From Bdellovibrionota bacterium (GTDB lineage: Bacteria > Bdellovibrionota_C > UBA2361 > OMII01), in contig JBIJBE010000013.1 of NCBI GenBank assembly GCA_044345405.1, positions 17,893 to 81,892 on the forward strand: DNA of 64,000 nucleotides, in the 5' to 3' direction. Under the pieces are notes generated by a model. That model was not told the origin of the DNA. It saw only the letters and a program-made list of their open reading frames with translations, and did no database searches. Of the stretch, positions 48,161 to 57,181 are shown in pieces (positions within the stretch are counted from its first letter, which is position 1; every line of letters starts with the position of its first letter). The translations under genes and the position numbers were made by a program.

Positions 48161-49126
48161 ATGGCACAACACACAGAGATGAAGTCCATAGACAGCGAAG
48201 CCCGGCTTGGGTGGCAAGCAGCTGAGGAGTTACTTCGTCCGTTCGGCGCGGTTGCGGCGAATTTCTCTGAGGCGATACGTCTCCTCGTCCACCACTACGA
48301 GGTTGGTTCCAGCCGCCTCCCTCTTGCGGCAGAGAACCACATTATTCGTCTCCTTAAAAATAGTACGATCAAAGCGACCTACTACTTCCTAACTAAAGAA
48401 CACCGACCACAGGTGTTAAGTCCGGGGAAGTTGATCGACGCGAAGGAGTTCTTCGAGGCCTACTCGCCGATCGAACACGCCGTCATATTGGCGTACTGCT
48501 ACCTCTCTCGAAACTTAAGTCGTAAAACGGATAAGGATGATTGGGCGTACGTCGAGAACCCACTCTATGAGGCGCTGACCACCGGAGGAATCATCGGCCA
48601 AGGAATCCCCGAGGTTGGGCTTGCCTTCGGTCTCTTAAGTAGAGGATTGCGCTATCTCGCCTTCGCGCCCTTTCTGCGCGAGAACCGTCGCGGTTTCAAG
48701 GATTACCGTATTCACCTCAAGAGCAAGGATCTCGCATTCGACATATCGTACGAGGAGAGCGCCTTCCAAACCAATAACATTCAGATAGCGGCCATCGTTC
48801 TTGAGCGCATGGGGTTCAATCACTCAATGGCGCTTGACTACGTTGCCGCCGCGACCGGCAATAAGGACCACACGCCGAGCCAGCTCTACGGTATTCCGTT
48901 CAGCATGGCGGAAGCGCTAATCGATTCCTACATGGAGACCGGAGAGATCCTGGAACGTACTCCCGCATGGACCGGCAAAGAGATGGTCATCTCAGTTGAA
49001 GCCCGCGGCGCCATCATGACGAAGCTCAATAAAGCGATGTCCACGAAAGATCGAAACGAATGGCTCAGCAAAGGGAGCTCGAGCATAAATCCGGAGCAAA
49101 CACCGGAGCTCTTCGTTGAAGCCTAA
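48161..49126 (+). CDS. Hypothetical protein, divergent HDOD-like
   Basis: Helical; AFGLLSRGLRYLAF...E..F.TN...IAA.VLERMGF resembles the HDOD C-terminal pattern without the HD residues. Confidence 0.45.
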   Translation: MAQHTEMKSIDSEARLGWQAAEELLRPFGAVAANFSEAIRLLVHHYEVGSSRLPLAAENHIIRLLKNSTIKATYYFLTKEHRPQVLSPGKLIDAKEFFEAYSPIEHAVILAYCYLSRNLSRKTDKDDWAYVENPLYEALTTGGIIGQGIPEVGLAFGLLSRGLRYLAFAPFLRENRRGFKDYRIHLKSKDLAFDISYEESAFQTNNIQIAAIVLERMGFNHSMALDYVAAATGNKDHTPSQLYGIPFSMAEALIDSYMETGEILERTPAWTGKEMVISVEARGAIMTKLNKAMSTKDRNEWLSKGSSSINPEQTPELFVEA

Positions 49127-51120
49127 CCTAGAGCGGCCTTCACTTTCTGAAGGCCCTCTTCCATAAAGAAATTAAGGGAGTTCGGATTCGCCAACGCCGA
49201 GGCGTTTCCAGCGTCCTCTCCTTTTAGAATTCTCTTCACCGAGAGCTCCGAGAGCTTGCTATTCGATGTCCGTGGCACCTCGGGCGCCTGCACGATAACG
49301 GCGGGAACGTAGAACGCGTTTGAACGACGGAGCGTTTCCCGAATTTCGCTGGTGAGCGCCTCTGTCAGAGATTCCCCACTATTAAGCACAACAAAAAGAA
49401 CAACTTTCTCCGAGGTCGCCCCCTGGGGAACGTATCCAACAGCCAGCGCCTCACGTACCGCGGGAACCTTGTGGAGCGCGGCGTAGATATCCGCGGTGGC
49501 GACCCGCACACCAGCGGGCTTAAGGGTCGCGTCGGAGCGCCCTAAAAAGAGTAATCCACCATCCTTTGTTTCTTCAAGAAAATCTCCGTGCCTCCAGACG
49601 CCGGGATACTCAGAAAAATAGGCGCCCCGATACGCTTCTCCGTTCGGATCATCAAGGAAATAGATCGGCATCGAGGGCGCTGGATTAACGCACATGAGCT
49701 CTCCCTCCTCGCCCACCACTGACTCGCCTGACGAGTTGAAGACACGTACATCGTATCCAAGGCTCTTGCACTGCACCTCTCCTCGAACAACCGGTTTAAG
49801 GGGTGTGCCAAGACCGAAGCAGCCAATAATATCCGTACCTCCTGAGATACTTTGGATCCAGAGGGGCTTAATGGCATCAACGATGTAATCGAACTGAGAG
49901 GGATAGAGCGTTGAACCGGTTGAAAGGAGCGCTCTCAACGATTCAAGAGAAAAGGCCTCTCCAGGCCGCACTCCCATCTTCTCACTAGCGCCCAGAAACG
50001 CCGCGCTCGTCCCGAAATGAGTGAACTTCTCATCCTCCGCCATCCGCCATAGGATGTTCCCCTTCTCAATCAAAGGGTCACCATCATAGAGCGCTATCGT
50101 GGCGTCAGCGGCTAACCCCGAGACGAGCCAATTCCACATCATCCAACTCGTCGATGTTTGATAAAAGAGAACATCCCCTGGCCGAACATCTGAGTGCAGT
50201 ATCTGCTCTTTCTTGTGTTCAAGCAGGGTTCCTCCCGCGCCATGCACTATTCCCTTCGGTTTGCCGGTCGTGCCCGAGGAGAACATGATGTAAACGGGAT
50301 GCGAAAAGGAGAAGGTTGGAAGGTCCACGGTGCCAGCCGATGTCGCGAGGATAGCGCTAAGGCTTTCACGAGAAGGTATCTTCGTCATGGTAGAGCTATC
50401 TCGCCCCGTGCCGAGATAATCCACTAAGATAACGTGTTCAACGGACGGAGTGTTTCGCACCACCTCTTCAAGTATCGGGGTTACGTCAACCTCTTTACCA
50501 CGCCAGAGATAGGCGAGCGGCGCGATGAATACCTTTGGCTTTACCCTCCCAACACGCGCGAGGAGACCGTCCACTTGATAATCAGTACCACAGCTCGCCC
50601 ACGTCGCGCCTATGGCGGTCGCCCCGAGCATGCAGATAATCGCTTCTGGAATATTGGGGAGAAATGCAAATACACGCTCTTCGGGCTGTATGCCTTGGGC
50701 GCGCAGGTGATCAGCTACCGAGAGCGCCATCTGACGGAGCTCTCGTCGAGTAATCGTTCGTCGGAGACGATCCTCGGACCATGCCGTAATCGCGATCGCG
50801 TCGGAGGGCTCTCGGAGTAGGTTCTCCGCGAAATTGATCTGAACATCGGGAAACCATCTCTTCGCGAGCGGTGTCGGTCCCTCCTCCGTCCCCCACACGC
50901 TGTGTAAGTCGCCGTGTCCCTTCACATCAACGAACGAGAACACCTCTCTCCAGAAGAGCTCCGGTTCACGTACCGACCACTGATGAAGATCCTCAAATCG
51001 TGGGAAGGGCCCGATACCTTTGCGTTGAAGCCCCTCGAGAAAACGACGGAGCGAACACCCCGCCATCAGCGCCGGGCTGGGCTTCCATACGATCGATTCT
51101 TCGGAACGTTCGTCACTCAT
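49123..51120 (-). CDS. Acetoacetate-CoA ligase
   Basis: INFAENLL, MFSSGTTGKPKGIVH, WMMWNWLVSGL, SISGGTDI, WRHGD, GRSDATL.P.GVR. Confidence 0.92.
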   Translation of the reverse strand: MSDERSEESIVWKPSPALMAGCSLRRFLEGLQRKGIGPFPRFEDLHQWSVREPELFWREVFSFVDVKGHGDLHSVWGTEEGPTPLAKRWFPDVQINFAENLLREPSDAIAITAWSEDRLRRTITRRELRQMALSVADHLRAQGIQPEERVFAFLPNIPEAIICMLGATAIGATWASCGTDYQVDGLLARVGRVKPKVFIAPLAYLWRGKEVDVTPILEEVVRNTPSVEHVILVDYLGTGRDSSTMTKIPSRESLSAILATSAGTVDLPTFSFSHPVYIMFSSGTTGKPKGIVHGAGGTLLEHKKEQILHSDVRPGDVLFYQTSTSWMMWNWLVSGLAADATIALYDGDPLIEKGNILWRMAEDEKFTHFGTSAAFLGASEKMGVRPGEAFSLESLRALLSTGSTLYPSQFDYIVDAIKPLWIQSISGGTDIIGCFGLGTPLKPVVRGEVQCKSLGYDVRVFNSSGESVVGEEGELMCVNPAPSMPIYFLDDPNGEAYRGAYFSEYPGVWRHGDFLEETKDGGLLFLGRSDATLKPAGVRVATADIYAALHKVPAVREALAVGYVPQGATSEKVVLFVVLNSGESLTEALTSEIRETLRRSNAFYVPAVIVQAPEVPRTSNSKLSELSVKRILKGEDAGNASALANPNSLNFFMEEGLQKVKAALG

Positions 51121-51257
51121 CTTCTTGAAAACGGTCAGGAATCACGTGGGCTCATCCGTTGTCATCAACTCTACACGACACCTCGCGGGGCGTCATTGGA
51201 TTTATCTCACCACCCTGCGGGATATCCGCAGGTGTCTATACATGGTATGGATATTTC

Positions 51258-52346
51258 ATGATTGATCCTCGCTATATGGACCGCGCTCTCGACCTCGCCG
51301 CTCGTGGTGGTCGCTCGGTTATGCCTAATCCGATGGTTGGAGCCGTGATCGTGCACAGCGATACGATCATCGGCGAGGGCTACCACCAAGCGTATGGAGG
51401 TCCCCACGCTGAGGTATTCGCGATTCAATCCGTACGTGATAGGTCGCTTCTCAAGGACTCCACGATCTACGTCTCACTTGAGCCATGCTCTCATTTCGGC
51501 AAAACCCCTCCATGCGCCGACCTCGTTATTGAGTCCGGAATTAAAACCGTTGTCGTGGGATGCAAGGACCCTAATCCAAAGGTGGCGGGTCAAGGGATAC
51601 AGAAGCTACGCGACGCGGGGATAACCGTTTACGAGGGGGTTCGTGAACGTGAGTGCGTCATGCTCAATCGTCGCTTCATCCTCTTCCAACGAATGAAGCG
51701 TCCGTATGTGATCTTAAAGTGGGCGGAGACCGCCGATAGATTCATCGCGCGCGAGGACGGCTCTTCGAAATGGATCAGCTCCGAATTCTCTCGGCGTACC
51801 ACCCATCGGTGGCGCTCTCAGGAGATGAGCATCCTCGTCGGAACAAAAACAGCTCTCATTGATGATCCGCATCTAACCGTTCGGCACGTGGAGGGCGTGA
51901 ATCCACTTCGACTCGTTATCGATACCAACCTCGCCCTTCCCTCATCGCTCGCGCTCTTTAACAACGAGGTGGAGACCTGGATATTCAACGCCTCCCTCGA
52001 GAAGCGCGAAAACCTTACCGAATGGAAGCGTATCGATCCCACTCGCTCAATACCGGAGCAGGTCCTCGAGGAGCTTTTCGCCGCGAAAAAATTGTCGGTC
52101 ATTATCGAGGGCGGATCCCAGACGCTGCAACGTTTCATCGACGCTGGTCTCTGGGATGAAGCTCGTGTGTTCCAAAGCAAGAAGACATTTGGAGGCGGCA
52201 TACCGGCTCCCTCACTGGGTGTCGAGGGGCACACCACGATGCCCTCCGGCAAAGATAGGATCGAAGTATTTCAACACCCAGATTTAGCGTCCCGCTTGGG
52301 CATTGGCGATAGTTCTATCCTTCGGGTCGAGACCGATCTGGTTTAA
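51258..52346 (+). CDS. ribD: Bifunctional diaminohydroxyphosphoribosylaminopyrimidine deaminase / reductase
   Basis: PNPMVGAVIV, HAE, LEPCSHFGKTPPC, IEGG. Start moved to ATG 51258. Confidence 0.96.
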   Translation: MIDPRYMDRALDLAARGGRSVMPNPMVGAVIVHSDTIIGEGYHQAYGGPHAEVFAIQSVRDRSLLKDSTIYVSLEPCSHFGKTPPCADLVIESGIKTVVVGCKDPNPKVAGQGIQKLRDAGITVYEGVRERECVMLNRRFILFQRMKRPYVILKWAETADRFIAREDGSSKWISSEFSRRTTHRWRSQEMSILVGTKTALIDDPHLTVRHVEGVNPLRLVIDTNLALPSSLALFNNEVETWIFNASLEKRENLTEWKRIDPTRSIPEQVLEELFAAKKLSVIIEGGSQTLQRFIDAGLWDEARVFQSKKTFGGGIPAPSLGVEGHTTMPSGKDRIEVFQHPDLASRLGIGDSSILRVETDLV

Positions 52347-52364
52347 GGAGCCCCGGTTTTCATC

Positions 52365-52448
52365 GTGAACGTGCACGCAACTAGAACTCCGCTACCTGCA
52401 ACCTGCTATCTCGAGCACTCCTCAGTTCACGTTTATGTGAGCGTTCAC
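52365..52448. repeat. Imperfect inverted repeat built from ACGT-type hexamers between convergent genes
   Basis: CGTGAACGTGCACGCAAC ... GTTCACGTTTATGTGAGCGTTCAC. Confidence 0.5.
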
Positions 52449-52470
52449 TTCGCGCCAAATCTCTGAAAAC

Positions 52471-53727
52471 CTAATCCCACAAAGAGTCACGTGGCCAGGT
52501 GAGCTTCATCTCGATGTACGAAAGAAGGAGAAGCATGTAGTGATCAACCGGCATATCTTCACACATCTCCGGCACCGTGAGCTGGGCGGCCGCTGAGCCG
52601 ACACGACCTCCCCCATTCACGGAGATCAATTCAGCTATGTATTCGGCGTCAATCGGCGCTTCCGTTCGCACGGAGATGTGAACGCGTTCACCTGTATGTA
52701 CACTCGCCCGTCCCGGACCTCCAGCGGGTTGCATGACACCGCATACTACCATCGCTATCGGTAAATCGTCGCTCTGGTGTTGTCGCTTCTCCGCGGCATG
52801 GAGGAGATCCGCGCAGGCACCAATACAATGCGCGCTCTCAGCGACCCCCGCGTAGGATACAAGCACACGGGCGATAACGTCTTTAACGGTCACTTTTGGA
52901 TATACCTTGGTATGCGCCTGGGCGTAACGAACCAGTCCCTCATGATGGCCCGCGAGCACATCGAACGACTTACACGCTGACATATCGAAGTGACCTTCGG
53001 TAGCGCCGACTGCCCACCGAACGTGCGGTGACACATCATCAGATAGGGGGCCCGCGATCTGCTGGCTGGCGTCTGTGCGCGCTCCCATGTTTACAAGAAG
53101 CGCGAGTCGGGCGTCATCCTCGGAGGACCAAGTCATATGACGAAACCGTTCGTGATTCTTCGCCAACTCGAGTACCCGATACACAAGGGCGGCGGTGCAT
53201 CCGGCCTCTGGAGCGGAGATAACCCCCGGCTCGTGGCGAGCATCACCGTGGTGATCCAGGACAACATCCGCTTCACATCCTTTCAGACGGATGTCGCTCT
53301 CAAGGCTCGGCGGCAAAACAGCGGTGCTGTGCAGTCCCGTTTGATCGACAACCACAATTGCGACAGAGCCATGAGGCGCGGCGTCAAAAACTCCCGGCAA
53401 GACCGAGAGAGGCTCCGTCCTCGCGCCACACACCTGACGGAGAGACTCACACAACACACCGTCATGCATCCAGCGAACGGTGATGTCTCCGGGTAAGAGC
53501 CCCCGAATCAAGCGGTCCATACCAAGACATCCCGCCATCGCGTCGGCGTCGGGGTCTCGATGAGCGACGATCACAAAGGTTCGCTTACCTGAATGGTAGA
53601 GTTGTTCAAGTTTGAGGATGATCGATACGAGGTCCGCGTCGAGCTGCGGAGAAAAAGGGCCCGACGTGGTCGACAGATCACGATCGTTTAACTGCGGGTT
53701 TGCGGATGTCGATCTCGTCGCATCCAT
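52471..53727 (-). CDS. DHH-family phosphoesterase (divergent NrnA-like)
   Basis: HRDPDADA, VVVD, VLDHH, TD, and DHHA1-like ISVR...GGGR..AAA. Confidence 0.82.
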   Translation of the reverse strand: MDATRSTSANPQLNDRDLSTTSGPFSPQLDADLVSIILKLEQLYHSGKRTFVIVAHRDPDADAMAGCLGMDRLIRGLLPGDITVRWMHDGVLCESLRQVCGARTEPLSVLPGVFDAAPHGSVAIVVVDQTGLHSTAVLPPSLESDIRLKGCEADVVLDHHGDARHEPGVISAPEAGCTAALVYRVLELAKNHERFRHMTWSSEDDARLALLVNMGARTDASQQIAGPLSDDVSPHVRWAVGATEGHFDMSACKSFDVLAGHHEGLVRYAQAHTKVYPKVTVKDVIARVLVSYAGVAESAHCIGACADLLHAAEKRQHQSDDLPIAMVVCGVMQPAGGPGRASVHTGERVHISVRTEAPIDAEYIAELISVNGGGRVGSAAAQLTVPEMCEDMPVDHYMLLLLSYIEMKLTWPRDSLWD

Positions 53728-53877
53728 ATCGGTACACGTCCATTCCTAACGTGGGGGGAAGCCGAGCGGGGATGTTGCTCCCGACACAGGCCGTTTGTAA
53801 AGCCCCCTCAGTTTGAAATGAGATATGGAACGGTCGTTTTACGTCCGATTACGTCGAAAAGAGACGCCACCTCTGGC

Positions 53878-54573
53878 CTATCTCTTGGGACCAGGCAGCA
53901 CCGCGTCGAGGAACCATCCCACCTTCTCGGACCGCTCTCGGTGGAACTGTCTCAACCGCTGCTCCTCCATCCGCTGTTGTCGCTCAGCCTCTCGCTGAGC
54001 ACGAATGGCCATTTGGTCGTTGTACCGTTGTTGGCGCTCGGCGATCTGCGCCTCGACCATGCGTTGTCGTATAGGATCGACTGGCACCCCACCCTGTTGT
54101 CCGGGCTGCGCGACAGGCGAAGGGGGTTGATATGTCGCGGTCGCGCCCGGCACCACGATGTTGGGAAGGATCCCAGTGGCAGGGGGTACGGGTATAGGTT
54201 GAGCCACGTTCGTTGGGGGCGCGACCTGCGGCGCCACGGTAGGTGCCGCTGATACCACGCCACCGTTCACCGGCGAAGAAACAGGAGCGCCCTGAGCAGG
54301 AGCCACATTCACGACAGGATACGCCCGGTCCACCCCATCAGGTCCGCGGAGAATCACATAGGTAGGCTGAGGACTTGTCGGAGCGGGCGCTGCCCCCTCC
54401 TGCGCCTTCGCTGGCTCACTATTCGTAAGGGCGAGCGACATCGCCGCGATGCTCGCTAAACGGCGCAATCCACCGGTCTGCGAGACCCCTTCCTGAGAGA
54501 TGTCGGTCTTAGTTGATGATGCGGTAGTCACACCCACGACAGAGGTGTTCGTTGCTGGGGATAGGGATGCCAT
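53878..54573 (-). CDS. Pro/Gln-rich hypothetical protein with a coiled-coil C-terminus
   Basis: ATG 54573 with GGAGAA upstream; internal signal-like segment LRRLASIAAMSLALTNSEPAKA; low-complexity core. Confidence 0.6.
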   Translation of the reverse strand: MASLSPATNTSVVGVTTASSTKTDISQEGVSQTGGLRRLASIAAMSLALTNSEPAKAQEGAAPAPTSPQPTYVILRGPDGVDRAYPVVNVAPAQGAPVSSPVNGGVVSAAPTVAPQVAPPTNVAQPIPVPPATGILPNIVVPGATATYQPPSPVAQPGQQGGVPVDPIRQRMVEAQIAERQQRYNDQMAIRAQREAERQQRMEEQRLRQFHRERSEKVGWFLDAVLPGPKR

Positions 54574-54749
54574 ACATTCTCCTTGTGCCTGGGGGGGGGG
54601 ATTCCCTGCCAATTCGCGAGGCCTATAGAGATCATTATCACGATTGGGTGGCAAAGGTAGAAGGTATGAGGTCTTAGCCTACGAAAGCGCCTTAAAGGAG
54701 CTATTTCGAACTATTGAAAGCAAACCCAAGGCTGACTCTAGGGTCCACC

Positions 54750-55529
54750 CTATATCGCTAAACCGAGGAGGTGATAGCAGGTCTTACTTGATGGCCGCTC
54801 CTTTGGATCTGGATGGAGCATACTGAAGAGCACCGCTTGCATGTCCTTCGGAACGATCTCTCCTGACGCTGCCTTGAGTGAACGATGTAGCTCGACCCTC
54901 TCCTGCGCCACTTTGATCTGACGCTCGGGATTACCAAAAGCGAGAGGAAATGCATCGGGAGCATCCTCGATAATCTGCAGCACCGTGGCCGCGGCGCAAA
55001 ACACATCCGCTGCCTGTCCGTACTGCGGGAGCCCATTGATATGCTCCGGACTACGACAGACTGGAGTGCCTAGGGTTTTATTGCCGACGTAGTGCTGGGG
55101 AATATCATCGATTTTAAAACTCAATCCGAAATCGATGAGTTTCACTTTAAAATCTTGATCGAGGTCAAGCGACCCATCGTTTCGAATGCTTCCCTGGACG
55201 CAAATGTTGTCCTCCTTGACGTCATAGTGGCAGAAGTTCTCAGCATGCAACTCAGAAAGACATCGAAATAGTTGACTCGCGAAACTGCGGAGTTGAGTCA
55301 TGGAGAAGCGGCTCTCTTGGTCTACACGTAATGAACGAAGAGTGATACCGGCATCCGCTATATGAAGCGTTCGAGTGTTATTATCATGCTTGAGAATTTC
55401 AGGAGTAATTCCCTTTCCACTTAACCCTCTCAGCGCGTTAAGCTCGGCCATATACGATGGTTTATCAGCGAACTTTTTTACGAACGCGCCATTCTCTTGA
55501 GACGTGCTTGTTTGATCGAACTTACTCAT
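54750..55529 (-). CDS. Hanks-type Ser/Thr protein kinase (non-RD)
   Basis: HYDVKEDN catalytic loop, LIDFG, GTPVCRSPE, DVF, DPKERPS. Start probably ATG 55529. Confidence 0.85.
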   Translation of the reverse strand: MSKFDQTSTSQENGAFVKKFADKPSYMAELNALRGLSGKGITPEILKHDNNTRTLHIADAGITLRSLRVDQESRFSMTQLRSFASQLFRCLSELHAENFCHYDVKEDNICVQGSIRNDGSLDLDQDFKVKLIDFGLSFKIDDIPQHYVGNKTLGTPVCRSPEHINGLPQYGQAADVFCAAATVLQIIEDAPDAFPLAFGNPERQIKVAQERVELHRSLKAASGEIVPKDMQAVLFSMLHPDPKERPSSKTCYHLLGLAI

Positions 55530-55681
55530 ACAAGAGAGATCCGATTGGCGCTCTATCGTGCTTCTGAAATTTCGGGGAGAGACGAGGCTATTTGCTGTGG
55601 GAATTTCGTAGGGTGCGGGGATTGCGTAGGCGGGCGGTAGCAACTCAAGAGGAGGAGGTCGTTCGAAAGGGGAGCAATTTC

Positions 55682-55753
55682 CGGCGACCAGGAATGGTCG
55701 CCCTCCCGTCGTACCGACCCGTGACCTGGGAGGGCGGTCATTCCTGACCGCCG
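55682..55753. repeat. Inverted pair of GGAG-footed REP-like hairpins
   Basis: GGAG-GGC-GACCA-TTCC-TGGTC-GCC-G (minus, 55682-55706) and GGAG-GGC-GGTCA-TTCC-TGACC-GCC-G (plus, 55729-55753). Confidence 0.8.
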
Positions 55754-55966
55754 TGTTGCAGGGGGCCAAGGTCAATCGCGATACCAAGTATTTTCGGCTA
55801 GCGGCCTGTCGCGAGCTGCGTTGAGGGAAAATGGTCGCTGCGTTACCACGGACAGGACCCTAACCTCCCCTTTCACCGTGGATTTCTCCTAACCCCGCTT
55901 ACTGGCTCCCTCTCCCGTGCTGTGGTACCTTTCCCCCATAATCCTTCCTCTCTATTTTCGGTGTGT

Positions 55967-57178
55967 ATGGCCACTTCTCTCTTTTCAGATATTCAAATGG
56001 CGGTTCCCGACGCGATCCTCGGGATCACTGAGGCGTTCCGTAACGACCCAACCCCATCAAAGGTAAACCTCGGGGTCGGCGTGTATCAGGACGCGAATGG
56101 AAAGATCCCCGTGCTCAACGCCGTGCTTCAGGCGGCTAAACTGTGGGCTTCCCAAGAGGACACCAAGACCTACCTTCCCATCGACGGTGTGCCCGCCTTT
56201 GTTCAGGCGAATCAAGAGCTCCTCTTCGGCAAGGATTCCTCCCTGCTCAAAGAGAAGCGAGTCGCGACCGTTCAGTCAGTCGGCGGTAGTGGCGGTTTGA
56301 AGCTCGGTATCGAGTTCATCAAACGCTTCATGGGACAGGACACGATCTACATCAGCGACCCAAGCTGGGAAAATCACCGCGTGATCTTCGAAGCCGCGGG
56401 GATGAAAGTAGAGACCTACCCGTACTACGACTCGAAGACCTTCGGACTCCGAGCGGATGACATGCTCGCGACACTGAGAACCTTAAAGCCTCGCACTCCC
56501 GTCCTTCTCCACGCGTGCTGCCACAATCCAACCGGTGTGGATCTCGACGACAAAACCTGGAAGGAGGTCGTCGATATCTGCGCGGAGCGCGAGCTTATTC
56601 CGTTCGTCGACTTCGCCTACCAGGGCTTTGCTGAGGGGATCGTTCCCGACTCTCGACCGATTCAGCTCCTCGTTGAGAAGGGCCTTACGTTCTTCGTGGC
56701 GAACTCATTCGCGAAGTCATTTTCGATCTACCGTGAACGCGTGGGCGCCATTTCGGTTGTAACAGGCTCACAAAAAGAAGCGGCCGCCGTCACGAGCCAA
56801 CTCAAACGAATCGTGCGGATGATCTACTCCTCGCCCCCGTCTTACGGCGCCCAATTGGTGGCTATCGTCCTCACCCATCCGGAGCTTCGCCCAATGTGGG
56901 AGAATGAGCTCGGCGAGATGCGCGAGCGCATTCATGAAATGCGTCACCTCTTCGCCAAGAAGCTGAAAGAGGTCCTTCCCGATCTCGACTTCTCGTTTAT
57001 CCTCAATCAAAGAGGGATGTTCTCGTACTCGGGACTCTCCGTTGACGTGATGAAGGCGCTTCGCGAGAAGTACCATGTCTACGGCCTCGACAGTGGGCGT
57101 ATCTGCGTTGCCGCGCTCAATCACAACAACATCGACTACGTGTGTGAATCTGTAGCGTCACTCGTTAAGGGTGCCTAA
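55967..57178 (+). CDS. Aspartate / aromatic amino acid aminotransferase (AspC/TyrB family)
   Basis: KVNLGVGVY, SDPSWENH, LHACCHNPTGVD, DFAYQGF, SFAKSFSIYRERVG, SGRI. Confidence 0.95.
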   Translation: MATSLFSDIQMAVPDAILGITEAFRNDPTPSKVNLGVGVYQDANGKIPVLNAVLQAAKLWASQEDTKTYLPIDGVPAFVQANQELLFGKDSSLLKEKRVATVQSVGGSGGLKLGIEFIKRFMGQDTIYISDPSWENHRVIFEAAGMKVETYPYYDSKTFGLRADDMLATLRTLKPRTPVLLHACCHNPTGVDLDDKTWKEVVDICAERELIPFVDFAYQGFAEGIVPDSRPIQLLVEKGLTFFVANSFAKSFSIYRERVGAISVVTGSQKEAAAVTSQLKRIVRMIYSSPPSYGAQLVAIVLTHPELRPMWENELGEMRERIHEMRHLFAKKLKEVLPDLDFSFILNQRGMFSYSGLSVDVMKALREKYHVYGLDSGRICVAALNHNNIDYVCESVASLVKGA

Positions 57179-57181
57179 CAC

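Noticed and set aside
51175-51240. Hairpins upstream of ribD, considered as an FMN riboswitch
   Set aside because: They lack the RFN consensus, and the divergent intergenic space is too short.
55530-55787. Pro-rich N-terminal extension of the kinase ORF
   Set aside because: It runs through the REP pair and shows no kinase N-lobe features; probably non-coding.
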